DNA of 61,332 nucleotides, taken from Candidatus Gottesmanbacteria bacterium UBA5942. Lineage in GTDB: Bacteria > Patescibacteriota > Microgenomatia > UBA10105 > UBA927. The notes beneath the pieces are model-generated. The model was given only the letters and a program-made list of their open reading frames with translations. It was not told where the DNA came from and ran no database searches. The stretch is from the NCBI GenBank assembly GCA_002430725.1, contig DJCU01000042.1, positions 1-61,332 of the forward strand. Reading direction: 5' to 3'. The number at the start of each line of letters is the position of its first letter. Position 1 is the first letter of the stretch. The translations under genes were made by a program, and so were the position numbers. This document shows positions 38,976 through 47,104 of the stretch, one piece after another.

Positions 38976-39005
38976 TTGACAACCTATCTCATTGTTCGCT
39001 ACAGT
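38976..39005 (+). promoter_or_regulatory. candidate promoter 2 of the novel cluster
   Basis: TTGACA (38976..38981)-N18-TACAGT (39000..39005), just upstream of ATG 39016. Confidence 0.45.
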
Positions 39006-39015
39006 GAAGTTTAGT

Positions 39016-39348
39016 ATGAATACAATAAATCAAAGTTTTGAAAGTAGGCTTACCGATATTGTCCTCAAAATTGAAAAATCTGGTTGGACTGATGAGGACA
39101 AAGAGGCGATGTATGCCAAGATAAGTGAATATCTTCATGAGTCTGTGCTTCCCGTTATTTTGCAGTACGCTCCCAGCGAAGAAGTGAAGGCGATGGCCGC
39201 AGATGCTTCCAAGGCTACGGTTGATGCATATATTGCGCTTATGAAAAAGCCGTTAAGCGATCCTAAGATGTACGAAGAACTCAATAAGACCGTACAGGAA
39301 GTGTTAGACGATGTAGAAACTGCCCTTTCCAAAGGAGGGATAGTATGA
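39016..39348 (+). CDS. small acidic helical protein, family S (S1)
   Basis: Paralog of S2 and S3 (IEKSGWTDEDKEAMYAKI..VLPVILQYAPSEE). Its stop overlaps the next start (ATGA at 39345..39348). Confidence 0.7.
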   Translation: MNTINQSFESRLTDIVLKIEKSGWTDEDKEAMYAKISEYLHESVLPVILQYAPSEEVKAMAADASKATVDAYIALMKKPLSDPKMYEELNKTVQEVLDDVETALSKGGIV

Positions 39349-39869
39349 GCGAACAATCTATGGGTGAGGCCGCAATGAACCCGAGAAGTCGGGCAATTGC
39401 ATATCTTGAGATGAAGCAGAGTGGAAGATTTCAGGGTGGTCGGGAAAAGAATATTAAAACTCCGATTGCTCCAGAAAAAGTTCGGCGTGCAGCTCCGTTG
39501 GTAGAGACGGTGGAGGCCTACGAGCAAATGATTGATAAAATGGGACAAAAGGGTTTTGAAGGTTCACAACAGATGCTTGCAGACTTGCGTCCGGCAGCTT
39601 ACGAGGCGGCACAGGCAGTACAGTTTGGTGCGAGACTTGCGGATATTGCCCTTACCATCGCTATTCCATTTACGAGGATAGGACTTTTGGCAAAAGCGGG
39701 TGGTATATGGGCAACGATGCGATATCGTCCAGCGGAGTGGGCGGTTGGGAAAATGGCGAAAATTGGCGGTGCAGTCGTAACTTCAGAAGCAGTGGCACCT
39801 ATCGTCAATAAAATACTGCATGGCGGAGAACGGGTAAAACCAGGTGAGCCAGCTATGGCAGCCGCATAA
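39345..39869 (+). CDS. partner protein with central hydrophobic Gly/Ala-rich hairpin (B1)
   Basis: AAAGGAGGG RBS lies inside the S1 3' end. Hydrophilic N-terminus, then IALTIAIPFTRIGLLAKAGGIWATM and KIGGAVVTSEAVAPIV. Confidence 0.7.
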   Translation: MSEQSMGEAAMNPRSRAIAYLEMKQSGRFQGGREKNIKTPIAPEKVRRAAPLVETVEAYEQMIDKMGQKGFEGSQQMLADLRPAAYEAAQAVQFGARLADIALTIAIPFTRIGLLAKAGGIWATMRYRPAEWAVGKMAKIGGAVVTSEAVAPIVNKILHGGERVKPGEPAMAAA

Positions 39870-39872
39870 GCT

Positions 39873-40184
39873 ATGGAACAGCGACTTGATGACATCATCA
39901 CGCGTATAGAAGCATCTTCATTGTCTGCAGCCGAAAAAGCGCAGCTTTATGCTGCAATTTCCGGAGGATTGAAAGGCTCTGTGTGGCCGGTACTGATGAA
40001 GCTTGCTCCTCCAGGCGAAATCGATGAAATCCTCAAAGAAACTGATGAGAAGAAAAAAGTAGAGCGGTATAACACACTCATTTCAGGCGTTGTTGATACC
40101 GACAGCTCCTATGCAGAAATAGAAGAAGTAATGAATAAATTATTGGATGAAGTAGATGCTGCCTTGAAGGAGGAGCAGATATGA
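39873..40184 (+). CDS. small acidic helical protein, family S (S2)
   Basis: MEQRLDDIITRIEASSLSAAEKAQLYAAISGGLKGSVWPVLMKLAPP, clearly homologous to S3. It starts 3 nt after the B1 stop. Confidence 0.75.
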   Translation: MEQRLDDIITRIEASSLSAAEKAQLYAAISGGLKGSVWPVLMKLAPPGEIDEILKETDEKKKVERYNTLISGVVDTDSSYAEIEEVMNKLLDEVDAALKEEQI

Positions 40185-40678
40185 CCGAAGTAACTGAAAC
40201 ACCGGTACAAGCGGAGAAAGAGCCAGGAGCAGTCAAGCGTGTTGCTGAGCGGATTAGCACGTTTCTTAAAGAAACATACACCCTTAAAGGGGCAACGGCA
40301 AAAGAAGTGGCGAAATACAACACGTTGTATGCCAGTTTTACTCCGTCACAACGGGAAGAGTTGGTTGCATTTAATGAAAAAGCAATTCATAAAACCGCTA
40401 TGCGTAAGGTTGTCCGCAATTGGGTTATCACCGGTGCGGGACTTGCCGCAGGGTGGGGGATTGCGACTGGTGGACTACCTGCTATGTGGGCATTTATGAC
40501 GAAAACCGCGCCTGTTGCAATTGGTACTGGGCTAGAAGCTATACGAACATGGATGTTTGATCCTCAAAAAACGTTGCTTATAGACGTACCGAATAAATTA
40601 TCTGATATCGCAAAAAATATTGGTGACTTTTTTGCTAAGGGGCCGGGATTACCATCTAAAATTAAAATTATTCCCTAA
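40181..40678 (+). CDS. partner protein with GxxxG-rich hydrophobic hairpin (B2)
   Basis: ATGA overlap with S2 and an AGGAGG RBS. Hydrophobic segment VITGAGLAAGWGIATGGLPAMWAF. Confidence 0.7.
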   Translation: MTEVTETPVQAEKEPGAVKRVAERISTFLKETYTLKGATAKEVAKYNTLYASFTPSQREELVAFNEKAIHKTAMRKVVRNWVITGAGLAAGWGIATGGLPAMWAFMTKTAPVAIGTGLEAIRTWMFDPQKTLLIDVPNKLSDIAKNIGDFFAKGPGLPSKIKIIP

Positions 40679-40705
40679 TAGTGGGGTGCTTATAAAGGAG
40701 GCGGC

Positions 40706-41035
40706 ATGGAAGATAAGTTAAAAGCAATCGTAACACGAATAGAACAAAGCAAGCTTTCTGAAGAAGAAAAGGCAGAGCTTTATACCACAATATCTGAAGG
40801 GCTTCAGGTAACGGTCTGGCCGGTGTTACTCAAATACATGCCGAAAGAGCAGCTTGATTTCCTCGCTGCAGATCCAAAAAGTAGAGTGACAGTAGAAAGT
40901 TACTCGCAGCTCATTACTGATACCATTAAAGATGGTCAGGCGCTTACAGAAATCGACACACTCATGAATGAAGTGCTTACAGAAGTAGATAAAGCACTTT
41001 CAGAAGAGGGGATAGATCAAGTAAAGCCAGTATAA
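40706..41035 (+). CDS. small acidic helical protein, family S (S3)
   Basis: MEDKLKAIVTRIEQSKLSEEEKAELYTTISEGLQVTVWPVLLKYMPK, with an AAAGGAGG RBS. Confidence 0.75.
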   Translation: MEDKLKAIVTRIEQSKLSEEEKAELYTTISEGLQVTVWPVLLKYMPKEQLDFLAADPKSRVTVESYSQLITDTIKDGQALTEIDTLMNEVLTEVDKALSEEGIDQVKPV

Positions 41036-41063
41036 TCTTGCCCAGCAAAGAAAGGATACATCT

Positions 41064-41561
41064 ATGTCAGAAACCGCAATGAACATGGAACCACCAAAAA
41101 AGGGATTGAAAGAGGGATTGCGTCGTGCGTTTACAGTGTCTGGTGCTAAAGAAAAATGGTATCAGGATCACAAAGAAATGGTGGCAAAATACGCAGATGT
41201 GCATAATGGCTTGACCGATGAACAACGATCGGCTGTAATGGCACAAATTGAATCTGACGCCACGAAATCAGCAAAGATTGCAGTCGGAAAACGTACGGGA
41301 GCACTCGCATTGACCTCTGCGGTCGTAGGAACTGCCGGTCTATTGATTGCTAAGCCTGATTTGGCCAGACGGTTTATGGAATGGACACCAAAGATTCTCG
41401 GCAATGAGTTGAGTACTGGAAAAGTCGGAAAAGCAGTATTTACTGGTGCTGACAAAGCACACTCATTTTTAGCAGAGGTATGGACAAGGGCTGGAAGTCT
41501 TAAAGAAGCTGCGTTAGCGCGCGGGAAAGCCTTGTTTACCAAGACTCCGCCAGCAGCTTAA
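41064..41561 (+). CDS. partner protein with hydrophobic segment (B3)
   Basis: Same size (165 aa) and layout as B2. Hydrophobic segment GALALTSAVVGTAGLLIA. Confidence 0.65.
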   Translation: MSETAMNMEPPKKGLKEGLRRAFTVSGAKEKWYQDHKEMVAKYADVHNGLTDEQRSAVMAQIESDATKSAKIAVGKRTGALALTSAVVGTAGLLIAKPDLARRFMEWTPKILGNELSTGKVGKAVFTGADKAHSFLAEVWTRAGSLKEAALARGKALFTKTPPAA

Positions 41562-41647
41562 TTCTACTTCAGTTGGTATAGCCATTCATTTATATTCATG
41601 GTTGTCTCCAATAGACTTTTGTGTTCTACTGGAAAGTAGAGGAAACT

Positions 41648-42325
41648 ATGTCAGAAATTCCCAAAGGCACACAATTTGTCGGTCAGGCAGATGCACGAAA
41701 ATTGCATACAGAGCGGGTAAAACCTGCCGAAACGAAACTATCCCCCGAACAGCAAAAGGTTGCTGAGGTCATGCAAGAAAGTGGGGAAGTGCTGGAAAAA
41801 AAAGTTGTAGACGCGAGAGAAGAGGCTGGGAAAAAACTTCAAGGGTTACATGGAAAAGAGCTGGTCGATGCAGGTAAGAAACAAATGGTTCGAGGACTTT
41901 TGGATACGGTAAAAGCGCAAGTAAAATGGGCTATTGGTGGTGGCATTATTGGCGCAACTCTTGGCGCAGCCGGGAGTAGGGTGTCTGGTGGAGATATGCA
42001 TGATGCTGCCGGGCTGTTAGGTGCAACATGGGCAAGTGGCTCAGCTGCTATTGGTGGTGAGGTGTCAGCACCCCTTGCATATAATAAGAAAGTGGCAGGT
42101 TCTCAGGAATTAACCAAAGTGGGGTGGTCCGATTGGTTAATTTCGGTAGGTTCGAGATTTGCCATTGGGACGCCTATTACACTGTTAACCATGAGATATC
42201 TCCCCTTGGCCGCTGTACAACTTGAAAGTCATGTTTTTCAAGCCATTCTTAATCCGATAACCGTTCGAGGTCTACGAAATGTCATGACCGGCTTACGAGA
42301 GTTGAAAAAGGGAGTTTCAAAATGA
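41648..42325 (+). CDS. glycine-zipper membrane protein (D1)
   Basis: MSEIPKGTQF start behind a GAGGAAA RBS. Hydrophobic segments WAIGGGIIGATLGAAGSRVSGG and AAGLLGATWASGSAAIGG. Confidence 0.7.
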   Translation: MSEIPKGTQFVGQADARKLHTERVKPAETKLSPEQQKVAEVMQESGEVLEKKVVDAREEAGKKLQGLHGKELVDAGKKQMVRGLLDTVKAQVKWAIGGGIIGATLGAAGSRVSGGDMHDAAGLLGATWASGSAAIGGEVSAPLAYNKKVAGSQELTKVGWSDWLISVGSRFAIGTPITLLTMRYLPLAAVQLESHVFQAILNPITVRGLRNVMTGLRELKKGVSK

Positions 42326-42603
42326 GTTTGAAACAAAAAATTAAAGATACTACCCTGTTTACTGATGAGGATAAGATTGCTATCCTTGCTGCAGTCGACA
42401 CCTACGCGTCAGCGGATATAAAAGCGTTAGAGGGCATCATTGATGAGTTTGATATGGTGCACAGTAAAGCTGTTTCTGAGTATAAAAAATCAGTTTCAGA
42501 GGTGCTTCATGATATTGTCATAAAATCCTCTCTTGCTGACCAAAAGAAGTTACAAAGAGCAGCTTCTCTGGTGCAGAGCGGGCTAGACGAACTTCTTCAG
42601 TAA
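42322..42603 (+). CDS. small acidic helical protein, family S (S4)
   Basis: ATGA overlap with D1. N-terminal IKDTTLFTDEDKIAILAAV motif. Confidence 0.7.
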   Translation: MSLKQKIKDTTLFTDEDKIAILAAVDTYASADIKALEGIIDEFDMVHSKAVSEYKKSVSEVLHDIVIKSSLADQKKLQRAASLVQSGLDELLQ

Positions 42604-42610
42604 TTTTTTC

Positions 42611-42637
42611 TTGTCATCATCGTATGTTTGCTATAAT
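42611..42637 (+). promoter_or_regulatory. candidate internal promoter (extended -10) giving a near-leaderless ABC1 mRNA
   Basis: TTGTCA-N15-TGC-TATAAT. The hexamer ends 6 nt before ATG 42644 and there is no SD sequence in between. Confidence 0.4.
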
Positions 42638-42643
42638 CGTTGT

Positions 42644-44812
42644 ATGAATGAACAAGCGCCGAAACCGTTGCGCCATAGGGAGGTTCGTGTTTTGGAACAG
42701 CCCTCCACACCGCCCAAAAATTTAGAAGCGTCTTCGAAATTGCTTCACGCGTTAGAGCAGCAAGATGAGAAAACAATTAGAGAGGGGACAAATGCCCTAG
42801 TAGGCGAAGTGAGCAAAGATTTTGCCCAACATCATGCGCCGCTTACACCTCAGGAAACGTCATCACTTGGTCAGAAAGTAAAAGAGGCGGCTGCTAGCGC
42901 CGGAAAGCGGGTTTCAGAAACTGTTTTTTCACCGGAGATGCAGAAAGATATGGCGGAGTATAAAGATATCGTCTCCGACATAGAAAAAACATATAAGTTT
43001 TCTTCCATCGCACCCGAATTTTATGAAGCTGCGGACAAAATTCGCACGAATACAGTCTTGGAAACGCTCAGTATCTACGGTATTCAACACGCAACAAACC
43101 CCGGACATATCGAAAAGGCTGTTGCCGAAGTCGTGGGGTTTTCAGCCGCGAAAGGGAACTGGGATCGCCTAAAGCGAGCAATGACGATTGCCAAGGAAAC
43201 ATTACCCTATGTGTATGTATTGGGACTTATACCACCGCTTGTGAATGGCAGAAAGATAAGTAAACAGTTTGAAGAAAGCACCATGAAGCTCCGTTCTGCT
43301 ATTAACACTCGGGTTGCGCAGTCGGTGTTTATGCGTGATTTTGAATTTATTCATGACAAGCCGGCATCGGAAATTATGAATATTGTCGATAAAGGAAAAC
43401 AGGCGACTGTCGATCTTATGCGAATAACATATAAAGGGATGTTGCCCAAAATAGCTGCGTTAGGGGCAATTACGACTACCGAGTTTTTGATAGCACCGCC
43501 TGCGGGTATTTTGGGGCTCATTCGTATTCCTTTCCTTGCGCGGCATGGAGAACAAACCGCGCGGAAAATATTAAAAGCGCGGGCAGAAAATTTGAAACGT
43601 AAAGATCTTATCGATGCGCGCGTTATGTCCTCATTGCAGAGTTTGGAAGTGGTGCGTACGACAGACAGTATGGTGAACGCCATGGAAGAACTGCAGAGCA
43701 ATATGTCCAAAAGCGATGAGGTTGATGTTGCGGCAGATTCTTCACGAAGTGACAGAGACAAAAAGGAAGCATATTACGGCCTGGGTTATACGTACGGCAT
43801 CCCAATCGTTGCCGCAGGGTGGGAAGCACTTATGAATTGGGATGCGCTCACCAATAAAAATCCGAAAGCTGATCGTCTCAGCAACCCATCACTCAACGTG
43901 ATGCTCGCGGGCACAAGTACTATGGCACTGGAAGGGATTAATGGCGCGATGATAGAAGAAATGGTGCATGATTATACCGATAAAATACAGCCCGCACTTC
44001 AGGATATTCGGAGGATGAATGAGCTACTAGGACCATACGATCAAGTGGACACTCCAGAAGGCCCACGAGAACAATCGCGAGTACCAGTAGAAAGCTTATC
44101 AAACTTTGATATATCAATTCGTAATTTGCGATTTAAAAACATTCTTCACAACGTTTCGATGGATATTCCTCAAGGGTCGTTTGTGACAATTAAAGGTCAG
44201 TCTGGGATAGGAAAAACTACTTTTTTGCGTCATATGTTGGGGCTTTTTAGCGCGGAGGAGGGGAATGTATCCTACGGTGGGCATGATCTTAATTCAATCA
44301 AAAAATATGGAGAACATTCGATATATTCGCAATTGGCGTATGCCAATCAGAATCCTCAGTATTTTGAAAATATGACCCTTCGGGAAAACCTCTTGTTGTG
44401 GACCAAAAAACAGGTGGATACTGATAAAGTGACACAGGTGCTCCACGACTTACATTTAGATCACATTGCCGACCGTATGGATAGCAATGTGAAGCATTTT
44501 TCAGGAGGAGAGCTTCGGCGGATAGGTATTGCAAGGGCGTTACTCAAAGATCCCAAAGTGCTATTCCTTGATGAACCCACCGCTAACCTTGATGAGGCAT
44601 CTGCAAAGCAGGTGTTGGATATTGTGAAACAAATGCGGAAAACAAGACCAGACATGACAGTTGTCGCAGTGACGCACGATCCTAGCTTTGAAGGAATTGC
44701 AGAAAAGATTATAGACTTTGCAGAAGTGAATAAACCTACGGACATGAAAGCAGAATCATTGGGAAACCGCCAAGTATTTTATGCCTCAAGCGCATCTCCC
44801 TCGAAGAAGTAA
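42644..44812 (+). CDS. atypical ABC transporter fusion protein (N-terminal hydrophilic domain + weakly hydrophobic exporter-like TMD + NBD), ABC1
   Basis: Walker A GQSGIGKTT, Q-loop ANQNPQ, signature FSGGELRR, Walker B LFLDEPTANLD, H-loop VTHD. The middle region resembles a type I exporter TMD (RVAQSVFMRDFEFIHDKPASEIMNIVDKG). Confidence 0.85.
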   Translation: MNEQAPKPLRHREVRVLEQPSTPPKNLEASSKLLHALEQQDEKTIREGTNALVGEVSKDFAQHHAPLTPQETSSLGQKVKEAAASAGKRVSETVFSPEMQKDMAEYKDIVSDIEKTYKFSSIAPEFYEAADKIRTNTVLETLSIYGIQHATNPGHIEKAVAEVVGFSAAKGNWDRLKRAMTIAKETLPYVYVLGLIPPLVNGRKISKQFEESTMKLRSAINTRVAQSVFMRDFEFIHDKPASEIMNIVDKGKQATVDLMRITYKGMLPKIAALGAITTTEFLIAPPAGILGLIRIPFLARHGEQTARKILKARAENLKRKDLIDARVMSSLQSLEVVRTTDSMVNAMEELQSNMSKSDEVDVAADSSRSDRDKKEAYYGLGYTYGIPIVAAGWEALMNWDALTNKNPKADRLSNPSLNVMLAGTSTMALEGINGAMIEEMVHDYTDKIQPALQDIRRMNELLGPYDQVDTPEGPREQSRVPVESLSNFDISIRNLRFKNILHNVSMDIPQGSFVTIKGQSGIGKTTFLRHMLGLFSAEEGNVSYGGHDLNSIKKYGEHSIYSQLAYANQNPQYFENMTLRENLLLWTKKQVDTDKVTQVLHDLHLDHIADRMDSNVKHFSGGELRRIGIARALLKDPKVLFLDEPTANLDEASAKQVLDIVKQMRKTRPDMTVVAVTHDPSFEGIAEKIIDFAEVNKPTDMKAESLGNRQVFYASSASPSKK

Positions 44813-44836
44813 GCTGGGTAGGTTACAATAGGGTAT

Positions 44837-47074
44837 ATGACGGTCGAACGCTCCGTAAAACTACCGTTTCAACCAGAGCGACTTACAAAGGTCGACTCGC
44901 TTCCTTTGGTTTCGCCGAGCACAGTGGCATCAGTAGAGCCAATTGTTGCACAAGTAGTGGAAGGAAAATCTCCCGATACAAAGGATGTTTCTAAGATGGT
45001 CACAGGAGTGGCCAAAGACTTACGCGCCCAAGGTATTCCTGTGTCATCTGAGGATATACGTGAGGTACAGAATCGCGCAGATAAGAGTCTTTCAATATCG
45101 TCATCTAATCCTTCATATCAAGAAAGCGAATCAATGCCGGAGTCAGAAGCATTACCCGATATTAATCTCGATGAATATAAAGCTGTTGTGGAAGACATGG
45201 TGCACAACTATGGTGTCGATACAAAGGAGTGGGGGAAAATTAGTCATGTGTTAGGCGTGACCACCCTGATGGGAGATTTTTTGAGCGGGATGCAGCGACA
45301 ACGTTTTACGACACAAAAAGGTCGTATGCTTATGACGCATCATTTTGGTAAGGTTGCTCGAGAGTTACACCTCCAGAAATTAAGTCCAAAGGGGTTTGTT
45401 GAAAACGTGCCGCGTATGCTCAAAGAGAAGGGGAAAGGATTAGGAAAACTTGTCGTTGAAAGCGCGTGGCCATTTTTAGCAAGCCCTGTGTACTGGCTTA
45501 TGGAGCGTCAGGCGGGGAAGATGGCAGGGAAAATGTTTATGACAGAGCGAACACGTTTGCAGGAGCAAGTAAATAACCGTATCGCGGATTCATTATTTAT
45601 GCGTAATTTTGAATACCTCAATAACACACCATCGGGAGAAATGATGGAGATCATAAATCGTGGGAAAGACGCGACTATTGATCTCATGGCAGCGGTGTAT
45701 GAAGAGCTCATTCCTTTGAAATATGCCATGTGGGGCTCTATCGGAAAACAGCTTATGATAAACAGGTGGGATGCCGCAGCATCACTTGTGAAAAAGGTGA
45801 TACTGGAGGGTAGGGTGAAACCGAACGCACAGCGTATACAACGACAAAATGATGAAGCGCTCAAGCGGTGGGATATCGTCAATACGAAGCTCCTTACGAC
45901 ACTACAAGGGCTTGAAACAGTGCGGACGACTGGTAATGCAGAAGCGGGAAGTGATGTATTGTATCACGCGCTTGCAGAACGTGACTTTGTCGAAGCGGGC
46001 GGTATGCGAGAGAAGCGAAAGCAGGACGTGGCGATGAATAGGCTGCTTGACGTTATGGATATTGGTATCCCAGTGACGACCGAGGGTCTGAAGTTGTGGG
46101 GCGAGATACGAAATGGCGTCAATCAACTAGGAAATCCGTATACAGCATCGGATATGTTTAACAGCATGGCAGACGCTTGGTTTCGTATCACTGGATCTCA
46201 GGCAGAGCAGCAGTATTTGCGGCAAATGTTACTTCAAAAAACGCATTTATTTGTGAACCGGATTATTCCCGATATTCAGGATATTAAACGGATGGAGGAA
46301 GTGTTGGGGTCTTACGATCTTCTTGATCATCCACAAGGTATAAGGGAACAGGCGAGGATGCCTGTTTCTGAACTTAAAAACTTTGATATTAAAGTAGAAA
46401 ATCTCACATTTAAGCACATATTACATGGAGTTAATCTTGATATTCCACAAGGGTCTTTTGTGACAATTAAAGGGCCATCCGGCATTGGTAAAAGTACGCT
46501 ATTCCGTCATCTGGTAGGGCTTTATAGTGGGGAAGAAGGGCAAGTGCGGTACGGAGGAGCTTCGATTGATACGATTAAAAAATATGGCGACCAGTCGTTG
46601 TTTACCAAAATTGCGTATGCCAATCAAAACCCACAGTATTTTGAAGACATGACATTACGGGAAAATTTGTTGTTATGGACAAAAGAAGAGATAGGGGATG
46701 ATCGAATACAGAGCGTCCTTCGTGATCTAAAACTGGATCAGATAATCAACAGGCTTGATACGAAAACAAAACATTTTTCCGGTGGTGAAATGCGGAGAAT
46801 CGGTATCGCGCGTGCGTTATTAAAAGACCCAAAGGTATTGTTTTTGGACGAGCCCACTGCAAATTTAGATGCAGTATCTACTCGTCAGGTGATGCACATT
46901 ATCGAGGAGCTTCGGAAAAATAGACCGGATATGACAGTGGTTGCTATCACCCATGATCCAGTATTTGAAAAGATCGCTGAAAAAATAGTGGATTTTGAAA
47001 AAATAAACAAAAAACCTGAGGGAATATCGTTAGGAGACCATCAGGTGCTGGAAGCAATAGCGAAGCCCAGCTAG
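44837..47074 (+). CDS. atypical ABC transporter fusion protein, paralog of ABC1 (ABC2)
   Basis: Walker A GPSGIGKST, FSGGEMRR, LFLDEPTANLD, ITHD. It is collinear with ABC1 over the TMD-like and NBD regions. Confidence 0.85.
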   Translation: MTVERSVKLPFQPERLTKVDSLPLVSPSTVASVEPIVAQVVEGKSPDTKDVSKMVTGVAKDLRAQGIPVSSEDIREVQNRADKSLSISSSNPSYQESESMPESEALPDINLDEYKAVVEDMVHNYGVDTKEWGKISHVLGVTTLMGDFLSGMQRQRFTTQKGRMLMTHHFGKVARELHLQKLSPKGFVENVPRMLKEKGKGLGKLVVESAWPFLASPVYWLMERQAGKMAGKMFMTERTRLQEQVNNRIADSLFMRNFEYLNNTPSGEMMEIINRGKDATIDLMAAVYEELIPLKYAMWGSIGKQLMINRWDAAASLVKKVILEGRVKPNAQRIQRQNDEALKRWDIVNTKLLTTLQGLETVRTTGNAEAGSDVLYHALAERDFVEAGGMREKRKQDVAMNRLLDVMDIGIPVTTEGLKLWGEIRNGVNQLGNPYTASDMFNSMADAWFRITGSQAEQQYLRQMLLQKTHLFVNRIIPDIQDIKRMEEVLGSYDLLDHPQGIREQARMPVSELKNFDIKVENLTFKHILHGVNLDIPQGSFVTIKGPSGIGKSTLFRHLVGLYSGEEGQVRYGGASIDTIKKYGDQSLFTKIAYANQNPQYFEDMTLRENLLLWTKEEIGDDRIQSVLRDLKLDQIINRLDTKTKHFSGGEMRRIGIARALLKDPKVLFLDEPTANLDAVSTRQVMHIIEELRKNRPDMTVVAITHDPVFEKIAEKIVDFEKINKKPEGISLGDHQVLEAIAKPS

Positions 47075-47085
47075 TGTATTTATTT

Positions 47086-47093
47086 GCTATACT
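47086..47093 (+). promoter_or_regulatory. candidate extended -10 element
   Basis: TGC-TATACT sits in the same TTTGCTATA[AC]T context as 42627..42637 and ends 11 nt before ATG 47105. Confidence 0.35.
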
Positions 47094-47104
47094 CTTTTAT
47101 ATAT

